Source: an uncultured Aminicenantes bacterium
Lineage (GTDB): Bacteria > Acidobacteriota > Aminicenantia > UBA2199
Assembly (NCBI GenBank): GCA_965195285.1
Contig: CBDAFS010000059.1
Coordinates: forward strand, 1 to 64,000
Direction of reading: 5' to 3'
DNA: 64,000 nucleotides
Shown one piece after another: positions 27,375 to 36,213 of the stretch. Position numbers and translations under genes: made by a program. The notes under the pieces are model-generated. The model was not told the DNA's origin, did no database searches, and worked only from the letters and a program-made list of their open reading frames with translations. Each line of letters begins with the position of its first letter. Position 1 is the stretch's first letter.

Positions 27375-27960
27375 TTCTCTTGAAACTCATCTTGTTTTCG
27401 GTGCCGGAAAATATTTTCTTTAAATTTGACCGGTGCCGGACAATGATTAATATGGTTACCGCGAACAGGATCATGGATACTTCCACCAGCTGGGTGAAAA
27501 GGGTAAAGAAAAAAACGGCTACGACTCCGGCCAGTGATCCGGCTGAGACATATTTTGTGATCCATGCCATAAGCAGGAAAGCGCAGAGGAAAACTAGGAA
27601 ACCCGGCAATGAGAATGCCAGGATGGCTCCACTAAATGTAGCCACACCCTTGCCGCCCTTGAACTTTAAAAAGAGGGGGAATATGTGTCCGGTTACCACT
27701 GCTGCTGCCCCCAGGATAATTATCACAGGATAGTCAAAATGCTTCAGGCCGTAGAAAACCGGGATAAATCCCTTTAACAGGTCCAGCATCAGGGTGATCA
27801 GTCCGGCCAGCTTACCCTTGCTTCTGAGTAAATTGGTGGCTCCGATATTTCCACTTCCGACGCTTCGGATATCTTTTTTTTCGGTAATATAATAAACAAT
27901 ATAGCCGAAGGGAATCGAACCCAGCAGGAATGCAGAACCAATAAACAGGATCTCATGCAT
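27367..27960 (-). CDS. plsY: Glycerol-3-phosphate acyltransferase PlsY
   Basis: GSIPFG, GSGNIGATN, GHIFP..FKGGKGVAT, RHRSN. Confidence 0.96.
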   Translation of the reverse strand: MHEILFIGSAFLLGSIPFGYIVYYITEKKDIRSVGSGNIGATNLLRSKGKLAGLITLMLDLLKGFIPVFYGLKHFDYPVIIILGAAAVVTGHIFPLFLKFKGGKGVATFSGAILAFSLPGFLVFLCAFLLMAWITKYVSAGSLAGVVAVFFFTLFTQLVEVSMILFAVTILIIVRHRSNLKKIFSGTENKMSFKRNG

Positions 27961-28513
27961 TGGAAAAGGCAATCTCCTCCAGGATGGTATGGCGTGGCCC
28001 GCCGGGGGTCAGGGTACTTTCGAATATTTGAAATCCGCTGGCCGTAAACCTGGCAATAGGCAAATCCAGATACTGGTCAATGAGTGTCAGCAGTGATTTG
28101 AAATTGAAGTTTTTCTTGTTTCGACCCAGGGTCAGGTGAGGTTCGAATTTCCGGGTTTCCTTCTCAACCCCCATTTCATCCAGAGTATGCTCGATTTGAT
28201 GATACACCTGTTTCAGGGGATTGCTTTCATCAATGCCTGCCCAGAATATATGCAGGTTGTTTCCCTTACCGAACTTGCCGAAACCGGAAATACTGATGGG
28301 AATGGGACCTGATTGAAAACGGGTATGTTTTAACCGGGAAGACAGCTCATTTTTCCTTTCTCCGCTGATCTCTCCGATGAATTTCAGGGTTAAATGAAAG
28401 TTTTCGGGCTTTACCCATTTGATTGGAGTTGAGATTTTTTTAAATGGCTTCAGTGCGGTATTGATTTGTTTGGCAACTCCATCATCCAGCTTAATTCCGA
28501 TGAAAACCCTCAT
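27953..28513 (-). CDS. thpR: RNA 2',3'-cyclic phosphodiesterase (2H family)
   Basis: MRVFIG, HLTLKFIG and PHLTLGR 2H motifs. Confidence 0.92.
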   Translation of the reverse strand: MRVFIGIKLDDGVAKQINTALKPFKKISTPIKWVKPENFHLTLKFIGEISGERKNELSSRLKHTRFQSGPIPISISGFGKFGKGNNLHIFWAGIDESNPLKQVYHQIEHTLDEMGVEKETRKFEPHLTLGRNKKNFNFKSLLTLIDQYLDLPIARFTASGFQIFESTLTPGGPRHTILEEIAFSNA

Positions 28514-28590
28514 GCCGTTATTATAAGGGATTTGGAAATATTAGTAAAGGGATCGGACCCTTTTTGGGGAATTGAGATTCGACTTCACTT

Positions 28591-29328
28591 CTAATAGTCG
28601 ACTTTTTCCAGGGTGAGACCGCCGGGGGGTGCAGTTTGTCCGGCCCGGCGCCTGTCTCTGGCACTGAATATAGCGGGCAGGTCCCGGGGTTCGATTTTTC
28701 CACGTCCGATATCAATCATTGTGCCGATGATATTTCTGACCATGTAGCGGAGGAAGCTTTTCCCGGTTATGGAAAAAATGATGGTCTCCCCCTTTACCCG
28801 CATGGAAAACTTGGAAATATCCCGGATTCTTTTTTTACTCGGTTCATTCGAAGTAAAACTGGAAAAATCCTTTTCACCCCGGAAATATTTCAATGATTTG
28901 CGCATGGCCTTCAGGTCCAGAGGGTAGGGGATATGTGTATAATAGCGGCTGATAAATGGTGATAGGGTCTGGCCGAAAAATATTCTATATGAATAGGTCT
29001 TGCTTTGGGCGTGAAAACGGGCATTGAATGATTTGTCCATCTGCTGGCAGTCAAGGATCCTGATATCCGTTGGCAGCAGGGAATTGATGGCCATTTTCAG
29101 TGAGTCGGCCTCGATGCCGATGCGAAGGTGAAAATTGGCAGTCATTCCGGTGGAGTGAACTCCTGCATCGGTCCGGCTGCTTCCGGTTGTAGCCACCTTT
29201 TTTTTGGCGATGATAGAGAGGGCATTGGAAATTTCCCTCTGGACTGTTTTTATTTCGGGAACCTGAAACTGCCAGCCTTTGTATTCGGTTCCGTCAAAAT
29301 GAATGATGATCTTGTAATTGTATACCAC
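28591..29328 (-). CDS. truA: tRNA pseudouridine(38-40) synthase
   Basis: GWQ.Q, RTDAGVH, FNARF, FLRYMVRNIIG, TAPPGGL. Confidence 0.96.
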   Translation of the reverse strand: MVYNYKIIIHFDGTEYKGWQFQVPEIKTVQREISNALSIIAKKKVATTGSSRTDAGVHSTGMTANFHLRIGIEADSLKMAINSLLPTDIRILDCQQMDKSFNARFHAQSKTYSYRIFFGQTLSPFISRYYTHIPYPLDLKAMRKSLKYFRGEKDFSSFTSNEPSKKRIRDISKFSMRVKGETIIFSITGKSFLRYMVRNIIGTMIDIGRGKIEPRDLPAIFSARDRRRAGQTAPPGGLTLEKVDY

Positions 29329-29340
29329 AATTTATCAGAA

Positions 29341-29844
29341 TCATTGAAAAAGGTTTCCGGGGCGGTTGTTCCCGAAATATTGGTTGATTCGGGTCATGAC
29401 TTCTTCGGGGGTGGATAGAGGAATGACACCATTGATATCCCAGGTATTCAAGCCAAAAATTTTTTTGTTGTAAATCTGGGAATAGGCGATTTCCGACAGG
29501 GTCCCGTAATGGCCATCAATGGCGACCAGGACATCGGAATTTAAAACTACCAGGGCATTCCGCATATAGCCCAGTCCGGTGGGTATGGCAATATCGACAT
29601 AGGGATTGGCTTCTTCTTTTTGTTTGCCCGGCAGGATAGCAATGACCAATCCCTGGGCTGATTTTGCCGCTTTGGCCGAGGCTTCCATCACACCCTTCAT
29701 GCCTCCGTTGATGAGAATATAACCGTTCCTGGCAATTAAATCTCCCATTTCGGTGGCATTTTTCAGGGATCGTGAATCAGGGAGGTTGCCCCCGATGATA
29801 CCGATCCGCTTTGTTGTGGAAAGGGTTTTAAGATCTACAGACAT
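29341..29844 (-). CDS. TIGR00725 / LOG (SLOG) family protein
   Basis: GGMKGVMEA, ANPYVD, TGLGYMRN, GTLSEI. Confidence 0.88.
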   Translation of the reverse strand: MSVDLKTLSTTKRIGIIGGNLPDSRSLKNATEMGDLIARNGYILINGGMKGVMEASAKAAKSAQGLVIAILPGKQKEEANPYVDIAIPTGLGYMRNALVVLNSDVLVAIDGHYGTLSEIAYSQIYNKKIFGLNTWDINGVIPLSTPEEVMTRINQYFGNNRPGNLFQ

Positions 29845-29862
29845 CCGGGTCCGGGGGAGATC

Positions 29863-30054
29863 CTAAATTGCTTTTTCCACCTTGCCGTCTCTGATGCAGC
29901 GGGTACAAACTCTCATATGTTTTGTTTCACCGTTTATCTTTACTTTTATTTTCTGTAAATTGGGAAGCCATCTTCTTTTGGTCGATTTATGAGAATGGCT
30001 GACATTATGGCCGGTAATGGGCTTTTTTCCGCAGATTTCACATACTTTTGCCAC
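29863..30054 (-). CDS. rpmB: 50S ribosomal protein L28 (Zn-ribbon form)
   Basis: CEICGK..GHNVSHS..TKRRWLPNLQ..VCTRC; GTG start after AAGGAGG. Confidence 0.97.
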   Translation of the reverse strand: MAKVCEICGKKPITGHNVSHSHKSTKRRWLPNLQKIKVKINGETKHMRVCTRCIRDGKVEKAI

Positions 30055-30124
30055 TTTCAATTCCTCCTTTGACGGTAAATCATATTGTACTAAATTTCAC
30101 TCTGAAAATCAACAGCGAGAATGA

Positions 30125-31621
30125 TCATCCTAAGCGTATGGATTCGCTGCAGTTTTTATTGGTCATTTTTTTGAACTGAAAGTGATCCATTCTGTTTAAG
30201 GAAATCTTTTCACGGTAGTCAACTATAATATCAGCAATCTGGTTGGGTTTGAGAAGTTCCAGGGTTTTTAAAAATATTTTATTTTTTTTCTTCCAGGCCC
30301 GGTGTAAATGTCTGGCATAAATGTTGACCAAAACCCCGATATAATTACCGAGAAATAATTTTTTTAATTTCTGCGGCCCTGAATAGAATTTCTTGTGACA
30401 GTATATCTGGGCATATTGAAGTTCTGCCAGACTGAAATTGTTGGGTTTAAAAACCACATGATGGGCATCGTAAAGACTCCAGTCGTTAAATTGAATACGG
30501 TTTTGACGAACCATGTCCCGGAAAAATTCAGTGCCCGGTAATGGGGTTAATATCAGAAACTGGACCGAGGTGAGGTTGGATTGGCGGGCGAACTTGACTG
30601 TTTTTTTTATGGTCTCCCAGTTGTCCTCATCAAATCCCAGAACAAACATGCCGTGAATGTGGATGTGATGTTTCTGGAGTACCTGGATAGCCCGGCTGAT
30701 ATCTTCCACCTTCTGGTTTTTTTTCATGGCTTTGAGACTGAGGGGATTGATCGATTCGAATCCGATATAAAGAGTGTGGCATCCTGACTTCTTCATCAGT
30801 TTGATCAGTTCCGGGTCTTTGGTGATGTCGGCCCTAACCTGGGCAGACCATTTGAATTTGAATTTTTCCGTGATCATGGCCTGTAATAAATTCCGGGTAT
30901 GTTTAGGGTTGGCGGCAAAATTGTCATCGTAGAAGAAAATGTCCTGGCTTTGATGTTGATACTCCTTCAATTCATTAATAATGTTTTCAACTGAGCGAAA
31001 GCGGTATTTATGTCCGAACATTGGTGTCACCGAACAAAAAGAGCAATTGAAGGGGCAACCCCTGGATGTCTGGATCGGTATGCTCTTGTCTTTGCTAACA
31101 ATATCAGTTCTGCCGCTGTATAGAGAAAAATCCGGGACCGGGTATTCATCCAGGTTCGGGTTAAACGGGCTCATGGGATTATGAATAATATTTCCATGGC
31201 TTTTAAAGGATAAATTGGCAACGGTATGGAAATCACCTCCGGATTCCCAGACATCAATGAATTGCATTAAGGCTTTCTCTCCTTCTCCTCGGATCACAAA
31301 ATCAGAATGTTCCAGTGCTTCTTCAGCCTGAAAGGTAATGTGTGCTCCTCCCATGATGACAGGGATTTTATTTGCTCTGGCTTTGTCGGCAATCACATAG
31401 GCCCGCGGAGCTGTCGAACTGATAGTGGATATGGCAATCATATCTGCAGATTCAAGCCGCTTCCATTCAAGTGGCTCTATGTCTTCAATATACACCTCAA
31501 CGTCCCAGCCCCGCTGGCGCATCAGGTTTCCCAGAATAAATATCCCCAAGCGGGGCAGTTTGAAAATTGAAAAAATATGCAGGTTTGGTGATTTGGGTTC
31601 AATGAATATGATTTTAGCCAT
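30125..31621 (-). CDS. B12-binding radical SAM enzyme
   Basis: Cobalamin-binding N-domain (VIMGGAH, GEGE), SRGCPFNCSFC, FFYDDNF, GFES, LTPLPGT. Confidence 0.92.
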   Translation of the reverse strand: MAKIIFIEPKSPNLHIFSIFKLPRLGIFILGNLMRQRGWDVEVYIEDIEPLEWKRLESADMIAISTISSTAPRAYVIADKARANKIPVIMGGAHITFQAEEALEHSDFVIRGEGEKALMQFIDVWESGGDFHTVANLSFKSHGNIIHNPMSPFNPNLDEYPVPDFSLYSGRTDIVSKDKSIPIQTSRGCPFNCSFCSVTPMFGHKYRFRSVENIINELKEYQHQSQDIFFYDDNFAANPKHTRNLLQAMITEKFKFKWSAQVRADITKDPELIKLMKKSGCHTLYIGFESINPLSLKAMKKNQKVEDISRAIQVLQKHHIHIHGMFVLGFDEDNWETIKKTVKFARQSNLTSVQFLILTPLPGTEFFRDMVRQNRIQFNDWSLYDAHHVVFKPNNFSLAELQYAQIYCHKKFYSGPQKLKKLFLGNYIGVLVNIYARHLHRAWKKKNKIFLKTLELLKPNQIADIIVDYREKISLNRMDHFQFKKMTNKNCSESIRLG

Positions 31622-32333
31622 TTTTGTTCACCCGGGTTGATTTGAGGCGTTTTTCATTTTTCCTAAAGAGTGAATTGATTTCCTTTGACTTCTTATTGAG
31701 CAGTTCTTCCCACCGGTTAGTCCCCTTTTTCAACAGATCGATTTTATTGAGGAGAAGCTTTATTTCCTGCACCATTCGTTTTAATTTCTGTTCGGTTTCT
31801 TTTTGGGAAAACTGATCTATGTTGGATTCAATGGCCAGGAATATCCGGAAAAGATCGGAGTTTTTTTTGATCTGCTCCAGTGAGTATCCGAATAATTGTA
31901 GATCCTTGACCAGGTTACACAGGTATACATATGTTTCCGAATACAGCCGGAAACCACCTTCACTTCTCATGTTCGCTTCAATGATTCCCATTTCTTCCCA
32001 GTGCTTGATGGTTCGGGTGCTTACTCCGATCCGGTCTGCCAGTCCCCCGATGGTCAATTGCTTTTTAGTCCGGTTTTTTTTTCCATTTTCTCCGGATCTG
32101 GGGAAACCGAATTTTTTGGTTATTTTGCCGATTGCTTCCATGCCGTAACCCATATCGATAAATTTCTTGATATGGTTGGATTGGTCGATTGAGAGGGAAC
32201 TATAAAAGGGAATATTGTTTTCGGTAAAATCCGATGGTTCTAAGATTTTGGCTTGCTCCATTTTTTTCAGCCATTTTTCGGATATTTTAGCCTTGGAAAT
32301 GAATTCGTCCCGGGTCAGAATTTTACCTTTCAT
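31614..32333 (-). CDS. MerR-family regulator with two HTH-like domains
   Basis: TIGGLADRIGVSTRTIKHWEEMGII...RSEGGFRLY...GYSLEQIK; degenerate N-terminal copy; C-terminal coiled coil. Confidence 0.88.
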   Translation of the reverse strand: MKGKILTRDEFISKAKISEKWLKKMEQAKILEPSDFTENNIPFYSSLSIDQSNHIKKFIDMGYGMEAIGKITKKFGFPRSGENGKKNRTKKQLTIGGLADRIGVSTRTIKHWEEMGIIEANMRSEGGFRLYSETYVYLCNLVKDLQLFGYSLEQIKKNSDLFRIFLAIESNIDQFSQKETEQKLKRMVQEIKLLLNKIDLLKKGTNRWEELLNKKSKEINSLFRKNEKRLKSTRVNKNG

Positions 32334-32341
32334 ATAACCTC

Positions 32342-32414
32342 CAAACGTACATGTTGAATTAAATCAAACGTGAACGTTAAGGTATATTATAGTATAATTT
32401 ATTGGAAAAATCAA
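32342..32414 (-). promoter_or_regulatory. Promoter TTGATT-17-TATAAT with two downstream AACGT-N2-A(C/T)GTT operator boxes
   Basis: -35 at 32409-32414, -10 at 32386-32391; boxes AACGTACATGTT (32344-32355) and AACGTGAACGTT (32367-32378). Confidence 0.7.
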
Positions 32415-32469
32415 CTGAAGTGTTCGTTTTTTTTGTGATATGCTAAATTTCAGAAACAGCGTCGTTGAT

Positions 32470-32934
32470 TTAAAAAATAAGGGGCTTCAGCCACATGAAA
32501 AATCGGATGACGACCAGGGTGTAGAGGCCGGCAATCAGATCATCCAGCATAATTCCCAGTCCCTGCCCGATTTTTTCTGCACGTCTGATGGGAAAAGGTT
32601 TGAAGATGTCAAAAAAACGAAAAATGAAAAAAGCGGCCAAGTAATGTACCCAGGAATGGGGAATGAAAAGGAGGCATAGCAGCTGTCCGGCAACCTCATC
32701 GATTACGCATTCACCGGGATCCTTTTTCCCGAAGTGAACCTCACAAGCCGAGGCAGCCGGGATTCCCAGCAGGATAATGATCACCAGGGAAGTGACCCCG
32801 GTCACCATCGATTGAATATGGGGATAAATCAGGTAGAAGGTTCCGGCGGTGATCAGGGAGGCCCAGGATCCCGGGGCAATCGGTATTCTGCCCACATTGA
32901 AAAAGGTTGCCGCGATTATCCAGATATTTTTCAT
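32470..32934 (-). CDS. pgpA: Phosphatidylglycerophosphatase A
   Basis: APGSWAS, DPGECVIDEVAG, FRFFDIFKPFPI, GIMLDDLIAG. Confidence 0.95.
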   Translation of the reverse strand: MKNIWIIAATFFNVGRIPIAPGSWASLITAGTFYLIYPHIQSMVTGVTSLVIIILLGIPAASACEVHFGKKDPGECVIDEVAGQLLCLLFIPHSWVHYLAAFFIFRFFDIFKPFPIRRAEKIGQGLGIMLDDLIAGLYTLVVIRFFMWLKPLIF

Positions 32935-34247
32935 TGTTTTTCTCCGTATAGAAATTCGTTTTGGGATCCGGTAATTTTAATTTTTATGATTTCATAATGA
33001 TCTTTAAAGGACGTTTTCATCCGGGTCAATCCGTCTACTTCCGGTGCCTGGGATCGAATTCGGCCAATGGTGGTATTGTTTTCCCAGGGGCCAAGGGGAA
33101 CGAACTCCTGCACCGTATTGAGGATACGGTAATTGTAGGACTGGATATTCTGATCGGAAATATCCATCAACCGGTTTTTTCGACTCTCTATCACCCGGGG
33201 ATCGACCCTGTTTTTAAAGCCAAAGGCGGCGGTATTTTCTTCCGCTGAAAATCCGAAAACACCGATGCGCTCAATACCGGACTCCCCGGCAAATTCTTCC
33301 AGCTGTTGGAAATCCTGTTCACTTTCGTCTGGAAATCCCACAATGAAGGTCGATCTGATAACGGCCTCCGGGTATTGTTTCCGGATACGCTGGATCAATG
33401 CCAGGTTTTTCCCGTACCCGCCTCTTCTTTTCATTTTTTTCAGGATACGGGTTGAAACATGTTGAAACGGGAAATCAAAATAGGGTAGTATCGAGGAGTA
33501 AGAAAATGACTCCAGTATATAATCATCGACTTCCTCGGGCATTAAATACAGAATCCTGATCCATCTGAAACCAAGGGCGGATAGTTTCTTTATGAGTTGT
33601 GGAAGCAGGGATTTTTTTTCGATATCCATGCCGAAATAACTGGTATTTTGAGAAATGATATTTAATTCCTGGAAACCCCGGCCCAGGTAGTTTTCTGCTT
33701 CCTTCAGAATGGATTCGATGCTTCTGGACCGGTAGGGTCCTCTGATCCGAGGAATAGCGCAGAAACTGCAGGACATATCACAACCCTCTGATATCTTTAT
33801 GAAAGTGGTATTGGGTGTGGTGGTGAGGATTCGAGGATCGCTGTCATGGTATAAAAATAATTCACGATCGGAATAATCCTGCTGTTGTTCTTCGATGATT
33901 AAACGGGCCAATTGCCTGAGATCATTGACTCCCCAGATAATATCAGCGGTTTTGAAATGTTTTTTCAAATCCCGGTAATACCTCTGGATCAGGCAGCCAA
34001 AAACGGCCACATGCTGAACCTCTCCCTTTTCTTTTCTCTCCAGGGCCATGAGTATTTCGTCAATACTCTCCTGCTTGGCATCCTGAATGAATCCGCAGGT
34101 GTTGATGGCCAACCAGTCTGAATCCTCGTAACTGGACACGATTTTGATATTGTTTTTTTCAAGCATCCCGCCCAGAACCTCGGTGTCCACAATATTCTTG
34201 AAACATCCCAGGTTGATAAAGGATATGGTTTTTTGCTTTCTTTTCAT
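32931..34247 (-). CDS. rimO: Ribosomal protein S12 methylthiotransferase
   Basis: LGCFKN.VDTE, NTCGFI..AKQESI, KISEGCDMSCSFCAIP, QAPEVDG. Confidence 0.93.
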   Translation of the reverse strand: MKRKQKTISFINLGCFKNIVDTEVLGGMLEKNNIKIVSSYEDSDWLAINTCGFIQDAKQESIDEILMALERKEKGEVQHVAVFGCLIQRYYRDLKKHFKTADIIWGVNDLRQLARLIIEEQQQDYSDRELFLYHDSDPRILTTTPNTTFIKISEGCDMSCSFCAIPRIRGPYRSRSIESILKEAENYLGRGFQELNIISQNTSYFGMDIEKKSLLPQLIKKLSALGFRWIRILYLMPEEVDDYILESFSYSSILPYFDFPFQHVSTRILKKMKRRGGYGKNLALIQRIRKQYPEAVIRSTFIVGFPDESEQDFQQLEEFAGESGIERIGVFGFSAEENTAAFGFKNRVDPRVIESRKNRLMDISDQNIQSYNYRILNTVQEFVPLGPWENNTTIGRIRSQAPEVDGLTRMKTSFKDHYEIIKIKITGSQNEFLYGEKQ

Positions 34248-34359
34248 TTTGGTTCAGTTAAAGCCCGATTGTATCAAATTCTCGCCATTCGGGCAATTCC
34301 CCTTCTGGCTGGGGTTAAAAGCAACTGGGGAAAATACCGCAAGAATTCGGAAGAGAAAA

Positions 34360-34431
34360 TAGCCCGTAGGGGAATCGAACCCCTCTTGCAGGGTTGAAAA
34401 CCCTGTGTCCTAACCGATAGACGAACGGGCC
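34360..34431 (-). tRNA. tRNA-Glu(TTC)
   Basis: Reverse complement GGCCCGTTCGTCTATCGGTTAGGACACAGGGTTTTCAACCCTG...TTCGATTCCCCTACGGGCTA. Confidence 0.95.
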
Positions 34432-34438
34432 AAAAGAA

Positions 34439-34511
34439 TGAGCCGTACTGGATTCGAACCAGTGACAGCCGCCTTAAAAGGGCGGTGCTCTGCCAGCTGA
34501 GCTAACGGCCC
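34439..34511 (-). tRNA. tRNA-Lys(TTT)
   Basis: Reverse complement GGGCCGTTAGCTCAG...CCGCC-CTTTTAA-GGCGG...TTCGAATCCAGTACGGCTCA. Confidence 0.95.
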
Positions 34512-34658
34512 GATTTGAGTGTTAAATTTATCATATTTTTGTTCAGCTGTCAAATGGTAATTTTCCAATAAAGAAAATAGGCAGTTGATTTAAAAAAAAA
34601 ATGATTTATGGTATATTTGATTTTATAAAAAAAGAAAAATCATAATAAGGAGAAAAAA

Positions 34659-36191
34659 ATGCAACTTCACCATGAGTTTATCAAAACAGCTAAAAAAGCC
34701 GGCAAAAGAATCGCAATAGTTGATCGCACACTGGGCCGAAGGGTCTCCTATTCAAGGGCCTTGATCGGGGCACTGATCCTGAGTAAAAAAATTCAAGCTT
34801 ACAAGGATGGTTTTATCGGAGTCATGATCCCCAATTCAGCCGGCTCAATACTGACCACTCTGGGAATTGTTTTTTCTGGCAAGGTTCCGGTAATGATTAA
34901 TTACTCCACAGGCGCAGCTGGAAATTGCGAATATGCGCAGCAGAAGTGCGGCTTTAAAACCATTATTACCTCTCGGGCCTTGATGGAGAAAATTGGCTGT
35001 CGCCTGATACCGGGCATGGTTTTTATTGAGGATATCATGGCAGGCATTTCCACCGGAGACAAGCTGAAAGCGGCACTCCAATCAAAGTTGCCCACCAAGA
35101 TTCTCATGAAAAATGTTCATCGGGGTGAACTCGATGACAATGTGGTTATTTTGTTTACCAGCGGCAGTGAAAAGGATCCCAAGGCGGTTCAGTTAACCCA
35201 CCGGAATTTTCTGTCCAATATCGAAGCCATTCTGACCAAATTCAAAATCACCCAGGATGACATCATGCTGGGAATTTTGCCATTGTTCCACGTATTTGGC
35301 CACAATACCAATTTCTGGCTTCCGCTGTATTTCGGGATGACAGTGGTCACCTATGCAAATCCTCTGGAATATGAGAAGGTGTGCCAGATCATCAAAGAAG
35401 AAAAGGTGACTGTCATGCTGGCCACCCCTGTCTTTTTCATGGGCTATCTCAGAAAATCCAAGCCGGGGGATTTTGAGACGGTCTGGCTGGCTGTGGCCGG
35501 TGCGGATAAATTGCCGGAATGGCTGAGAAAGTCATTTATCGAAAAGCAAAATCTGGAAGTATTTGAGGGTTACGGTACCACCGAAACCAGCCCGGTTATT
35601 TCGGTAAATGGTCCGGGAGAAAACAAACCGGGCAGTATTGGCAAGCCCTTTCCTAATATTCAGGTTAAAATTACCGATATTGAATCCGGGGAGGTTCTGG
35701 GTCCCGAGCAGGAAGGTAAAATCCATGTGAAAGGGGATCTGGTGATGAAGGGCTATTTTGATGATATTGAAGAAACATCGCTGAGAATCGAAGCCGGCTG
35801 GTATGACACCGGAGATATGGGCAAGATGGATGATGACGGATATCTGTGGCACCGGGGAAGATTGAAGAGATTTGTTAAAATCGGGGGTGAAATGGTTTCC
35901 CTGGTCAGGATTGAGAGTGAGCTGGAAAATTTGATTCCCGATGATATTGACTATTGCGTGGTGGAAGTTCCGGATTCGCTGAAAGGTGCCAAAATTGTCG
36001 TGGCCATTACCAAGGAGATCAATGTGAGAGATGTTCTCACTAAATTGTCTGCCAAACTGCCCAATATTGCCGTACCCAAGCAGTTTGTGGTGCTCAGTGA
36101 GCTTCCCAAGATGGGCAGCGGTAAAATTGATTTCAGAACCGCCACGGAACTGGTGAGAAATAAAATAAACCGCAACAACAACTTAAAATAA
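34659..36191 (+). CDS. AMP-binding acyl-ACP synthetase (stand-alone Aas C-terminal type)
   Basis: LFTSGSEKDPKAVQLTH, EGYGTTETSP, WYDTGD, GRLKRFVKIGGEMVSL, GSGKID. Confidence 0.88.
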   Translation: MQLHHEFIKTAKKAGKRIAIVDRTLGRRVSYSRALIGALILSKKIQAYKDGFIGVMIPNSAGSILTTLGIVFSGKVPVMINYSTGAAGNCEYAQQKCGFKTIITSRALMEKIGCRLIPGMVFIEDIMAGISTGDKLKAALQSKLPTKILMKNVHRGELDDNVVILFTSGSEKDPKAVQLTHRNFLSNIEAILTKFKITQDDIMLGILPLFHVFGHNTNFWLPLYFGMTVVTYANPLEYEKVCQIIKEEKVTVMLATPVFFMGYLRKSKPGDFETVWLAVAGADKLPEWLRKSFIEKQNLEVFEGYGTTETSPVISVNGPGENKPGSIGKPFPNIQVKITDIESGEVLGPEQEGKIHVKGDLVMKGYFDDIEETSLRIEAGWYDTGDMGKMDDDGYLWHRGRLKRFVKIGGEMVSLVRIESELENLIPDDIDYCVVEVPDSLKGAKIVVAITKEINVRDVLTKLSAKLPNIAVPKQFVVLSELPKMGSGKIDFRTATELVRNKINRNNNLK

Positions 36192-36213
36192 AGCAACCGT
36201 TTTCTTGACGGAT

